A stretch of DNA of 34,939 bases from Callorhinchus milii. Taxonomy: Eukaryota. Location of the stretch: positions 1 to 34,939 of the forward strand of contig NW_024705552.1 in NCBI RefSeq assembly GCF_018977255.1, written 5' to 3'. The notes under the pieces were generated by a model that made no database searches, was not told the DNA's origin, and worked only from the letters and a program-made list of their open reading frames with translations. Each line of letters starts with the position of its first letter. Position 1 is the stretch's first letter. The position numbers and the translations under genes were made by a program. Below are positions 23,126-34,939 of the stretch, in pieces.

Positions 23126-26100
23126 TGTGGTCGCGGTGTCTGGTGCGGGACAGTACACGAGCTGCAGAGTTCTGAATGACCTGCAGTGTGGAGGGAGTTG
23201 GCGGGAAGGCCGCGAGGAGAGAGTTCCCATAGTCCATAGAGAGAAAGTGTGTTAGAAAAAAGGAGAAACATTGCGATGGTGAGAATGAGAAATATTGTGA
23301 TAGACAGAAAGTGAGATAGAGACGGAAAAGGTTGTAATAGAGAAGGTGAAAGATTATAAAACCAGTGAGAGAGAGGACAACGTTTGTGATACAGAGAGAC
23401 AAAGTATGATGGAGAGAAGGAGAAAGATTGCATTAGAGAGTGAAAGTGTGATAGAGAAAAGGAGAAAGATTGCGACAGAGAGAAAGTGTAAAAGAGAAAG
23501 ATTCTGATAGAAAGAGTGACAGAGAGGGAAAAGTTTGTAATAGTGAGAGAAAGTGTGACAGAGAGGAGAAATGTTCTAATAGAGAGTGTGACAGAGATGA
23601 AAAAAGTTGTAATAGAGAGGAGAAAGATTCTGATAGAAAGAGTGATGGAGAGGAGAGAGATGAAAATAAAGAGAAAGTGTGATAGAGAAGAGAAAGTCTG
23701 GAATAGAGAGGGAAAGTGTGAAAGAGACAAGAAAGATTGCAATAGAGAGGAGAAATAATACGATAGAGAGAAAGTGTGTTAGAAAGATTGGAATAGAGAG
23801 AGAAAGTGTGATAGAGAGGAGAAAGATTGCAATAGAGAGAGTGTGATAGAGAAGGAGAAAGATTGAATAGAGAGAGAGTGTGATAGAGAAGGAGAAAGAT
23901 TGCAATAGACGGAGGGTATGACAGAGAAGGAGAAAGATTGCAATAGTGAAAAAGAGAAAGATTGCGATAGGGAGAAAGTGTGATAAAGAAGAGAAAGTTT
24001 GTTAGAAAGAAGGACAAAGATTGGAATGCAGAGAGAGAAAGTGTGAAAGAGAGGAGGAAGATTGCGATAGAGAGAAAGTGATAGAGAGGGAAATGCTTGT
24101 AATAGAGAGAGCAAATGTCTTAGAGAGAAAATGTGTTAGAAAGAAGGAGAAACATTGCGATGGTGAGAAGGAGAAATATTGTGATACACAGAAAGTGCGA
24201 CAGAGACGGAAAAGGTTGTAATAGAGAGAAGGCCAAAGATTCTGATAGGAGTGAGAGAGAGAGGACAACGTTTGTAATAGAGAGATACAAAGTATGATGG
24301 AGAGGAGAAAGATTACATTAGACAGTGAAAGTGTGATACAGAACGATTCTGATAGAGAGAGAAAGTGTGTTAGAAAGAAGGAGAAAGATTGTGATAGAGA
24401 GAGAGAGAGAGAACGTATAATAGAGAGAAGCAGAAAAATTGCGATAAAGACGAAATGTGAGAGAGGAGGAAAATTGGGCGACAGGAGAGCGATAGAGAGA
24501 GTGTTAGGACTGGAATAGAGAGAGACAAAGTGTGATAGAAAGGAGAAAGATTGCAATTGAGAGAAATTGCAATAGAGAGAAAGTGTGATTGAGAGGAGAA
24601 AGATTGCAATAGAGAGAAAGTGTAATAGAGAGGAGAAAGATTCCGATAGAAAGAGAGATAGAGAGGAGAGATATTAAAACAGAGAGAAAGTGTGACAGAC
24701 AAGAGAAAGTTTGGAATAGAGAGGGAAAGTGTGAAAAAGAGAAGAACGATTGTGATGAAGAGAAAGTGTGATAGAGCGAAGAATGTGATAGAGAGAAAGT
24801 GTGTGAGAAAGATTGGAATAGAGAAAGTGTGAGAGAGAAGGAGAAACATTGCAATATACAGAGAGTGTGATGGAGAGAAGGAGAAAGATTGCAATAGAGA
24901 GAAAGTGTGATTGAGAGAAGCAGAAACATTCTGATAGAAAGAGTGATAGAGAGGGAAAAGTTTGTAACAGAGAAAGTGTGACAGAGAGAAAGTTTGACAG
25001 AGGAGAAATATTCTGACAGAGAAAGTGTGACATAGACAGAAAAGGTTGTAACAGAGAGAGAAAGTGCGAGAGAGAAAGAGAACGATTCTGATAGAGAGAG
25101 AAAGTATTAGAAAGAAGGGGAAAGATTGTGACAGAGAGAATGTATAATAAAGAGAAGCAAAAAAATTGTGATTAAGAAGAAATGAGAGAGGAGGAAAATT
25201 GGGCGATAGAAGGAGAGCGATAGAGAGAGAGTGTGTGTTAGAAGGATTGGAATAGAGAGAGACAAAGTGTGATAGAGAGAAGAAAGATTGCAATAGAGAG
25301 AAAGTGTGTGAGAAAGATTGGAATAGAGAGAGAGAAAGTGTGAGAAAGAAGGAGAAACATTGCAATATGCAGAGAGTGTGATGGAGAGGAGAAAGATTGC
25401 AATAGAGAGAAAGTGTAATAGAGGAGAAAGATTCTGATAGAAAGATTGATAGAGAGGGAAAAGTTTGTAATATATATTACAACATTTGTAATAGAGAGAC
25501 AAAGTATGATAGAGAGGAGAAAGATTACAATAGAGAATAAGTGTAATAGAGAGCAGAAATATTCTGATAGAAAGAGTCATAGAGAGGAGATAGATTAAAA
25601 TAGAAAGAAAGTGTGACAGAGAAGAGAAAGAATGTAATAGAGAGAGAGTGATAGGGAGAAGGAGAAAGATGGCAATAGAAAGTGTGATAGAGAGGAGAAA
25701 GATTGCAATAGTGAGAAAGAGGAGAAAGATTGCAATAGAGAGAAAGAGAAAGTGTGATAGAGAGGGAAAAGGCTGTAATAGAGTGAACAAAGATTCTGAC
25801 AGAGAGGAGAGAGATTGCGATAGAGAGGAACTGTGAAAGAGGAGAAAGATTGCAATAGAGAGAGCAATTGTGATAGAGAGAAAGTGTTTCAGAAAGGAGA
25901 ATTATTGCAATGGCGAGAATGAAATATTGTGATACACAGAAAGTGCGACAGAGGCGGAAAATGTTGTAGAGAGAAGGCGAACGATTCTGATAGGAGTGAG
26001 AGAGAGGGCAACGTTTGTAATAGAGAGAGACAAAGTATGATGGAGAGGAGAAAGATTGCATTAGAGAGTGACAGTGTGATCGAGAGGAGAATAATTGTGA

Positions 26101-28783
26101 TAGAGAAAAGGAAAAAGAATGCACAAGAACGAAAGTGGGATAGAGAGGAGAAAAATTGCAATAGAGAGAGAAAGTGTGATAGAAAGAGAACGAATCTGAA
26201 AGAGAGAATGTGTGTTAGAAAGAAGTAGAAGGATTGTGATAGAGAGAAAGTGTAATAGAGAGCACAAAAATTGTGACAAAGAAGAAATGTGAGAGGAGGA
26301 AAATTGGGCGAGAAAAGGAGAGCGATAGAGTGAGAGTGTGTTAGAAGGTTTGGAATAGAGAGAGAAAGTATGATAGAGTGGAGAAAGATTGCAATAGAGA
26401 GATAGTGACAGAGAGGAGAAAGATTGCAATAGAGAGTAAGTGTAACAGAAAGAAGGAGAACGATTCTGATAGAGTGATAGAGAGGGAAAAGTATGTAAGA
26501 GAGAGAAATTGTGACAGAGACAGAAAAGGTTGTAATAGAGGAAAAAGTTTCTGATGGGAACCGTGATAGAGAGAGATTAAAATAGAAAGTGTGATAGAGA
26601 AGAGAAAGTTTGGAATAGAGAGGGAAAGTGTGAAAGAGAGAAGAAAGATTGTGATAGAGAGAAAGTGTGATAGAGAGGAGAAAGAATGCAGTAGAGAGAG
26701 AGAAAGTGTGACAGAGAGAAAGTGTGACAGAGGAGAAAGATTGCAATAGAGAGAGAGTGATACGGGGAAGGAGAAAGATTGCAATAGAAAGTGTGATAGA
26801 GAGGAGAAAGATTGCAATAGTGAGAAAGAGTGATAGAGAGGAGAAAGATTGCAATAGTGAGAAAGAGGAGAAAGATTGCAATAGTGAGAAAGAGAAAGAT
26901 TGCGATAGAGAGAAAGTGTGATAGAGAGGGAAAAGGTTGTAATAGAGAGGAGAAAGATTCTGATAGAGTGATAGAGAGGGCAAAGATTGCAATAGAGAGA
27001 GAAAGTGTGATGGAGAACGATTCTGAAAGAGAGAGAATGTGTTAGAAAGAAGTGGAAAGATTGTGATAGAGAGAGAGTATAATAGAGAGCTGAAAAATTG
27101 CGATAAAGAAGATATGTGAGAGAGGAGAAAAATTGGGTGAGAGAAGGAGCGATAGAGAGAGAAAGTGTGTCAGAAGGATTGGAATAGAGAGACAAAGTAT
27201 GGTAGAGAGCAGAAAGATTGCAAAAGAGAGAAACTGATTGAGAGGAGAAAGATTGCAACACAGAGAAAGTGTGATAGAGAGAAGATTGCAATAGAGAGAA
27301 AGTGTAACAGAAAGGAGAAAGTTTCTGATAGAAAGAGTGATAGAGAGGGAAACGTATGTAATAGAGAGAGAAAGTGTGACAGAAACGGTTGTGATAGAGA
27401 GGAGAAAGATTCTAATGGAAAGATTGATAGAGAGGACAGAGATTAAGAGAGAGAAAGTGTGATAGAGAAGAGAAAGTTTGGATTAGAGGGAAAGTGTGAA
27501 AGCGAGAAGATAGTTTGCGATAGAAAGTGTGATAAAGAAGAGAAATATTGTAATATACAGAGGTAAATTACGATAGTGAGAAAGTGTGATAGGGAGAGAA
27601 AGTGTGTTAGAAAGAAGGAGAAAGATTGGAATGTAGAGAGAGAAAGTGAAAGAGAGGAGAAAGATTGCGACAGAGAGAAAGTGTGATAGAGAGGGAAAAG
27701 TTTGCAATAGAGAGGACAAAGATTCTGATAGAGAGGATAGTGATCACAATAGAGAGGAGAAAGAGTGAGAGGAGAAAGATTGCAATAAAGAGAGAGTGTG
27801 GTAAGGAGAAAGGTGTGATTGAGAGGGAAAAGCTTGTAATACAGAGAGCAAATATGATAGAGAAAGTGTGTTAGAAAGGAGGAGAAACATTGCGATGGCG
27901 AGAAGTATTGTGATAGACAAAGCCCGACAGAGACAAAAAAGTTTGTAATAGAGAGAAGGCAAATGACGCTGATAGGAGTGAGATAGAGGGCAACGTTTGT
28001 AATAGAGAGTGACAAAGTGTGCTGGAGAGGAGAAAGATTGTATTAGAGAGTAAAAGTGTGTAAGAGGAGAAGGATTGTGATAGAGAAAAGGAGAAAGGTT
28101 GCACAAGAGAGAAAGTGTGATAGAGAGGAGAAAGTTTGGAATAGAGGGAAAGAGAGAAGAAAGATTGTGATGGAGAGGAGAAAGTATGCGAAAGAGAGAG
28201 AGAAAGTTTGTAATAGAGAGTGTGGTAAGGAGAAAGATTCTGATAGAGAGGAGAAAGCTTGTAATAGAGAGAGCGTGTGACAGAGACGGAAAAGATTGTA
28301 ACAGAGAGAGAAAGAAAGATTCTGAGAGAGAGAAAGTGTGTTAGAAGGAACGAGAAAGATTGCGATAGAGAGAAAGTGTGATAGAGAGGGAAAAGGCTGT
28401 AATAGAGTGAACAAAGATTCTGATAGAGAGGAGAGAGATTGCGATAGAGAGGAACTGTGAAAGAGGAGAAAGATTGCAATAGAGAGAGCAATTGTGATAG
28501 AGAGAAAGTGTTTCAGAAAGGAGAATTATTGCAATGGCGAGAATGAAATATTGTGATACACAGAAAGTGCGACAGAGGCGGAAAATGTTGTAAAGAGAAG
28601 GCGAACGATTCTGATAGGAGTGAGAGAGAGGGCAACGTTTGTAATAGAGAGAGAAAGTATGATGGAGAGAAGGAGAAGGATTGCATTAGAGAGGAGAAAG
28701 TTTGTGATAGAGAAAAGGAGAAAGATTGCACAGGAGAGAAAGTGTGACAGAGAGGAGAAAGATTTCAATAGGCAGAGAGTGTG

Positions 28784-29056
28784 ATAATAAAAATCCTTGC
28801 ATTTGATATAGCGCTTTTCACGTTGGGAGGACGTCCCAAAGCGCTTCACAGAACATAATGTAAAGTGAATTGACTGCATATTTGTGGGCGAACGCGGCAG
28901 CCAATTGCGCACAGCAATGTCCCACAAACAGTCGTAGATTGAAAATGACCAATTTATTGTTTTGTTTTTTGGAGGGAATATTATTAGGCTCTGTGTGGAG
29001 TAAGGAAACTTGCCCGAGGTTTCACCCTCTGCCTGGAATTGAACTCGGGTCTCACT
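28784..29056 (-). mobile_element. Same SINE family, 5'-truncated (A box missing)
   Basis: Aligns to 17705-17990 and ends just after the B box at ggaattgaactcgggtctcact. Confidence 0.93.
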
Positions 29057-31581
29057 GGTAAACAGAAGGAGAAAGATTGTAATAGAGAGAAAGTATAGAG
29101 AGAAGCAGAAAAATTGCGATAAAGAAGAAATGTGAGAGAGGAGAGCGATAGAGAAAGTGTGTTAGAAGGATTGGAATAGAGAGACACAAAGTATGATGGA
29201 GAACAGAAAGATTGCAATAGAATGATGGAGAAACATTCTGATAGAAAGAGTGAAAGAGAGGGAAAAGTTTGTAACAGAGAAAGTGTGACAGAGACGGAAA
29301 AGGTTGTAACAGAGAGGAAAGAGATTAAAATAGAGAGAAAGTGTGATTGAGAAGAAAGATTGTGATAGAGCGCAGAGAGATTGCAATAGAGAGAAGGTGT
29401 AATAGACAGAAAGTGTGATAGACAAAACGAGAAAGGTTGTGAGAGAGAGATAGTGTGTCAGAAAGATTGGAATAGAGAGAGAAAGTGTGAAAGAGAGGAG
29501 AAGCTTTGCGATAGAGAAAGTGTGTTAGAAAGATTGGAATAGAGAGAGGCAAAGTATCAGAGAGGAGAAAGATTGCAATAGAGAGAAAGTGATAGAGAGA
29601 AGAATTGTGACAGAGAGAAAGTGTGATAGAGAGGAGACAGATTGTAATCGAAAGGAGAAAGATTGAAAGAGTGGGAGAGAAAGTGAAAGAGAGGACAAAG
29701 ATTGGAATAGAGAGAGTGTGGTAAGGAGAAAGATTCTGACAGAGAGAAAGTGTGATAGAGAGGGAAAAGGTTGTAATAGAGAGAGCAAGTGTCATAGAGA
29801 AAGTGTTAGAAAGGAGAAAGATTCGAATAGAGAGACAAAGTACGATAGAGAGCAGAAAGATTGCATTAGAGAGAGACAGTGCGATAGAAAGAGAGAGATT
29901 CTGATAGAGGGAGAGAAAGTTTGAAAGGGAAAAGGAGAAAGGTTGCAACAGATACAGAGCAATTGTGACAGAGAAGGAAAAAGGTTGCAAAAGAAAGGAA
30001 ATGTGAGAGGAGGAAAATTGGGATACAGAAGGAGAAAGATTGCGATAGAGAGAAAGAAAAAGATTGCAATAGAAAATGTGATGCAGAGAAGCAGAAAGAT
30101 TGCAATAGAAAGTGTGATAGAGAAAGAGAACGAATCTGATAGAGAGACAAAGTGTGTCAAAGAAGGAGAAAGATTGTGATAAAGAAGAAATGTGAGAGAG
30201 GTGGAAAATTGGGTGAGAGAAGGAGAGCGATAGAGAGAGAAAGTGGGTTAGAAGGATTGGAATAGAGAGAGAGAAAGTCTGATGAAGAGGAGAAAGATTG
30301 CAATAGAGAGAACGTGTGATAGAGAGCAGAAAGATTGCAATAGAGAGCAACTGACAGAGAGGAGAAAGATCACAATAGAGACAAAGTGTGATAGGCAGAG
30401 AAAATGTGTTAGAAAAAAGGAGAAAGATTGTAATGCAGAGAGAGAAAGTGAAAGAGGAGAAAGATCACGATAGAGAGAAAGTGTGATAGAGAGTACAGTG
30501 ATCGCAATAGAGAGGACAAAGATTGTAATAGTGAGAGAGTGGGGTAAGGACAAATATTCTGATAGAGAGGGAAAAGGTTGTTATGGAGAGCAAATGTGAT
30601 TGAGAGAAACTGTGTTAGAAAGAAGGAGACATTGCGATGGTGAGAATGAGAAATATTGTGATAGACAGAAAGTGCGACAGAGACAGAAAAGGTAATAGAG
30701 AGAAGGCGAAAGATGCTGATAGGAGTGAGATAGAGGGCAACGCTTGTAATAGAGAGAGACAAAGTATGATGGAGAGAAGGAGAAAGATTGCATTAGAGAG
30801 TAAAAGTGTGATAGAGAGGAGAAAGATTGTGATAGAGGAAAGGAGAAAGGTTGCACAAAAGAGTAAGTGTGATAGAGAGGAGAAAGATTGCGATAAAGAG
30901 AAAGTGTGATAGAGAGGAGAAATATTGCGATAGATAGAAAGCGTGATAGGAGGAGAAAGATTGTGATAGAGAAAGAAAGATTGTAATGGAGAGAGAATGT
31001 GTGATACCCAGAAAGAGAATGATTCTGATAGAGAGAGAAAGTGTGTTAGAAAGGAGAAAAACTGCGACAGAGAGAAAGAGTGAGAGAGAGCAGAAAGATT
31101 GCAAGAGAGGGAAACTGATAGAGAGGAGAAAGATTGCAATAGAGAGAAAGTGTAAAAGAGAGAAGGAGAAAGATTCTGATAGAAAGAGTGACAGAGAGGG
31201 AAAAGTTTGTAATAGAGAGAGAAAGTGTGACAGAGATGTAAAAGGTTGTGATAGAGATGAGAAAGATTCTGATAGAAAGAGTGATGGAGAGGAGATTAAA
31301 ATGGAGAGAAAATGTGATAAAGAGAAAGTGTGAAAGAGAGAAGATTACAATAGAGAGAAAGTGTGTAAGAAAGATTGGAATAGAGCGAGAAAGTGTGATA
31401 AAGAGGAGAAAGATTGAATAGAGAGAGAGTGTGATATGGAGAAGGAGAAAGATTGCAACAGTGAGAAAGATTGTGATAGAGAGAAAGTGTGATAAAGAGA
31501 AAGATTGCAATAGAGAGAGTGGTAAGGAGAAATATTCTGACAGAGAGAAAGTGTGATAGAGAGAGAAAAGCTTGTAATACA

Positions 31582-31707
31582 GAGAGCAAGTGTGACCGAG
31601 AGCAAGTGTGACCGAGAGCAAGTGTGACCGAGAGCAAGTGTGACCGAGAGCAAGTGTGACCGAGAGCAAGTGTGACCGAGAGCAAGTGTGACCGAGAGCA
31701 AGTGTGA
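31582..31707. repeat. Perfect 16-bp tandem repeat (GAGAGCAAGTGTGACC) x7 plus one partial
   Basis: Counted directly: units start at 31582, 31598, 31614, 31630, 31646, 31662, 31678 and 31694. Confidence 0.97.
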
Positions 31708-34590
31708 TAGAAAGAAAGAGAAACATTGCGATGGCGAGAATGAGAAGTATTGTGATAGACAGAAAGTGCAACAGAGACGGAAAAGGTTGTAATAGAGAGA
31801 AGGCGAAAGATTCTGATAGGAGTGAGAGAGAGAGCAACGTTTGTAATAGAGAGAGACAAAGTATGATGGAGAGGAGAAAGATTGCATTAGAGAGTGACAG
31901 TGTGATCGAGAGGAGAATAATTGTGATAGAGAAAAGGAAAANGAATGCACAAGAACGAAAGTGGGATAGAGAGGAGAAAAATTGCAATAGAGAGAGAAAG
32001 TGTGATAGAAAGAGAACGAATCTGAAAGAGAGAATGTGTGTTAGAAAGAAGTAGAAGGATTGTGATAGAGAGAAAGTGTAATAGAGAGCAGAAAAATTGT
32101 GATAAAGAAGAAATGTGAGAGGAGGAAAATTGGGCGAGAAAAGGAGAGCGATAGAGTGAGAGTGTGTTAGAAGGTTTGGAATAGAGAGACAAAGTATGAT
32201 AGAGTGGAGAAAGATTGCAATAGAGAGTAAGTGTAACAGAAAGAAGGAGAACGATTCTGATAGTGATAGAGAGGGAAAAGTATGTAAGAGAGAGAAAGTG
32301 TGACAGAGACAGAAAAGGTTGTAATAGAGCAGAAAGTTTCTGATGGATTGCGATAGAGAGAAAGTGTGATAGAGAGGAGAAAGAATGCGGTAGAGAGAGA
32401 GAAAGTGTGACAGAGAGAAAGTGTGACAGAGGAGAAAGATTGCAATAGAGAGAGAGTGATAGGGAGAAGGAGAAAGATTGCAATAGACAGAGAGTGACGG
32501 GGAAGGAGAAAGATTGCAATAGAAAGTGTGATAGAGAGGAGAAAGATTGCAATAGTGAGAAAGAGGAGAAAGATTGCAATAGTGAGAAAGAGAAAGATTG
32601 CAATAGTGAGAAAGAGGAGAAAGATAGCAAAAGTGAGAAAGAAAGATTGCAATAGTGAGAAAGAGGAGAAAGATTGCAATAGTGAGAAAGAAAGATTGCG
32701 ATAGAGAGAAAGTGTGATAGAGAGGGAAAAGGTTGTAATAGAGAGGAGAAAGATTCTGATAGAGTGATAGAGAGGGCAAAGATTGCAATAGAGAGAGAAA
32801 GTGTGATGGAGAACGATTCTCAAAGAGAGAGAATGTGTTAGAAAGAAGTGGAAAGATTGTGATAGAGAGAGAAAGTATAATAGAGAGCTGAAAAATTGCG
32901 ATAAAGAAGATATGTGAGAGAGGAGAAAAATTGGGTGAGAGAAGGAGCGATAGAGAGAGAAAGTGTGTCAGAAGGATTGGAATAGAGAGACAAAGTATGG
33001 TAGAGAGCAGAAAGATTGCAAAAGAGAGAAACTGATTGAGAGGAGAAAGATTGCAACACAGAGAAAGTGTGATAGAGAGAAGATTGCAATAGAGAGAAAG
33101 TGTAACAGAAAGGAGAAAGTTTCTGATAGAAAGAGTGATAGAGAGGGAAACGTATGTAATAGAGAGAGAAAGTGTGACAGAAACGGAAAAGGTTGTGATA
33201 GAGAGGAGAAAGATTCTAATGGAAAGAGTGATAGAGAGGACAGAGATTAAGAGAGAGAAAGTGTGATAGAGAAGAGAAAGTTTGGAATAGAGGGAAAGTG
33301 TGAAAGAGAGAAGATAGTTTGCGATAGAGAGAAAGTGTGATAAAGAAGAGAAATATTGTAATATACAGAGGTAAATTACGATAGTGAGAAAGTGTGATAG
33401 GGAGAGAAAGTGTGTTAGAAAGAAGGAGAAAGATTGGAATGTAGAGAGAGAAAGTGAAAGAGAGGAGAAAGATTGCGACAGAGAGAAAGTGTGATAGAGA
33501 GGGAAAAGTTTGTAATAGAGAGGACAAAGATTCTGATAGAGAGGATAGTGATCACAATAGAGAGGAGAAAGAGTGAGAGGAGAAAGATTGCAATAAAGAG
33601 AGTGTGGTAAGGAGAAAGGTGTGATTGAGAGGGAAAAGCTTGTAATACAGAGAGCAAATATGATAGAGAGAAAGTGTGTTAGAAAGGAGGAGAAACATTG
33701 CGATGGCGAGAAGTATTGTGATAGACAAAGCCCGACAGAGACAGAAAAGTTTGTAATAGAGAGAAGGCAAATGACGCTGATAGGAGTGAGATAGAGGGCA
33801 ACGTTTGTAATAGAGAGTGACAAAGTGTGCTGGAGAGGAGAAAGATTGTATTAGAGAGTAAAAGTGTGTTAGAGGAGAAGGATTGTGATAGAGAAAAGGA
33901 GAAAGGTTGCACAAGAGAGAAAGTGTGATAGAGAGGAGAAAGTTTGGAATAGAGGGAAAGAGAGAAGAAAGATTGTGATGGAGAGGAGAAAGTATGCGAA
34001 AGAGAGAGAGAAAGTTTGTAATAGAGAGTGTGGTAAGGAGAAAGATTCTGATAGAGAGGGAAAAGCTTGTAATAGAGAGAGCGTGTGACAGAGACGGAAA
34101 AGGTTGTAACAGAGAGAGAAAGAGAAAGATTCTGAGAGAGAGAAAGTGTGTTAGAAGGAAGGAGAAAGATTGCGATAGAGAGAAAGTGTGATAGAGAGGG
34201 AAAAGGCTGTAATAGAGTGAACAAAGATTCTGACAGAGAGGAGAGAGATTGCGATAGAGAGGAACTGTGAAAGAGGAGAAAGATTGCAATAGAGAGAGCA
34301 ATTGTGATAGAGAGAAAGTGTTTCAGAAAGGAGAATTATTGCAATGGCGAGAATGAAATATTGTGATACACAGAAAGTGCGACAGAGGCGGAAAATGTTG
34401 AAGAGAGAAGGCGAACGATTCTGATAGGAGTGAGAGAGAGGGCAACGTTTGTAATAGAGAGAGAAAGTATGATGGAGAGGAGAAGGATTGCATTAGAGAG
34501 GAGAAAGATTGTGATAGAGAAAAGGAGAAAGATTGCACAGGAGAGAAAGTGTGACAGAGAGGAGAAAGATTTCAATAGGCAGAGAGTGTG

Positions 34591-34860
34591 ATAATAAAAA
34601 TCCTTGCATTTGATATAGCGCTTTTCACGTTGGGAGGACGTCCCAAAGCGCTTCACAGAACATAATGTAAAGTGAATTGACTGCATATTTGTGGGCGAAC
34701 GCGGCAGCCAATTGCACACAACAATGTCCCACAAACAGTCGTAGATTGAAAATGACCAATTTATTGTTTTGTTTTTTGGAGGGAATATTATTAGGCTCTG
34801 TGTGGAGTAAGGAAACTTGCCCGAGGTTTCGCCCTCTGCCTGGAATTGAACTCAGGTCTC
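34591..34860 (-). mobile_element. Same SINE family, 5'-truncated; segmental duplicate of the 28784 copy
   Basis: Same left flank (gatttcaataggcagagagtgtg), truncation point and right flank (taaacagaaggagaaag) as 28784-29056; offset 5807. Confidence 0.93.
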
Positions 34861-34939
34861 CCTGATAAACAGAAGGAGAAAGATTGTAATAGAGAGAAAG
34901 TATAGAGAGAAGCAGAAAAATTGCGATAAAGAAGAAATG

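Larger units (their letters stand above)
22488..23236 (-). mobile_element. 5'-truncated L2-clade LINE (C-terminus of ORF2, 3' UTR, (TTG)n tail)
   Basis: Translation DYGNSLL...LQVIQNSAARVL...DHITP...LARLHWLPIPQRIDFKILILTYKAIHGLAPSYLSDLL...FKAGLKTFLF is the characteristic L2 ORF2 C-terminus. It is GC/CpG-rich relative to the flanks, and the satellite phrase resumes exactly across it. Confidence 0.95.
11430..34939. repeat. Purine-skewed compound satellite/minisatellite field (>23 kb, runs off the right edge)
   Basis: Iterated linker agagag(gag)aaag alternates with short words such as attgcaat, tgtgat, attctgat, attgtgat, attggaat, gttgtaat and tgtgtt. C is very rare on the plus strand. This accounts for the S/L/F-rich minus ORFs and E/R/K-rich plus ORFs. 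Confidence 0.97.

Noticed and set aside
22683..23402. 239-aa ORF as a functional gene
   Set aside because: It is a chance fusion of satellite sequence to a truncated L2 ORF2 tail that lacks the RT and endonuclease cores.
11512..34865. Long ORFs in the satellite (e.g. 925 aa at 31046-33823, 434 aa at 18527-19831)
   Set aside because: They overlap in all three minus frames and are S/L/F low-complexity. Stops are scarce because the minus strand has little A/G in stop contexts. No domain motifs.
11430..34939. CRISPR-like repeat/spacer alternation
   Set aside because: The variable words are 6-10 nt and reused, the linkers vary in length, there are no cas genes, and the context is eukaryotic.

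Overview
Repeat-dominated eukaryotic DNA. The SINE/L2/CR1 content suggests a vertebrate, plausibly a cartilaginous fish (inference). No complete protein-coding gene is supportable, and almost all ORFs in the track are low-complexity artefacts. The window has three zones. (1) 1-~9775 is a head-to-tail array of ~1.29-kb units: 7 copies plus a shorter, older edge copy interrupted by a probable solo LTR. On the minus strand each unit carries a set of micro-exon-like splice signals, a ~65-nt long-stem hairpin and a homogenised CpG-rich block. (2) ~9800-11430 is a junction with a tRNA-derived SINE, a decayed CR1 endonuclease fragment and a candidate minus-strand exon. The post-stop 3' end of that exon is homologous to the array's micro-exon. 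(3) ~11430-34939 is a >23-kb strongly purine-skewed compound satellite with kb-scale internal duplications. It contains three more SINE copies and a 5'-truncated L2 LINE that shares the SINE's 3' tail. The best candidate for something undescribed is a spliced, probably non-coding tandem transcript amplified from a 3' UTR, with repeated hairpins and a co-oriented LTR promoter. This is a hypothesis from sequence only.
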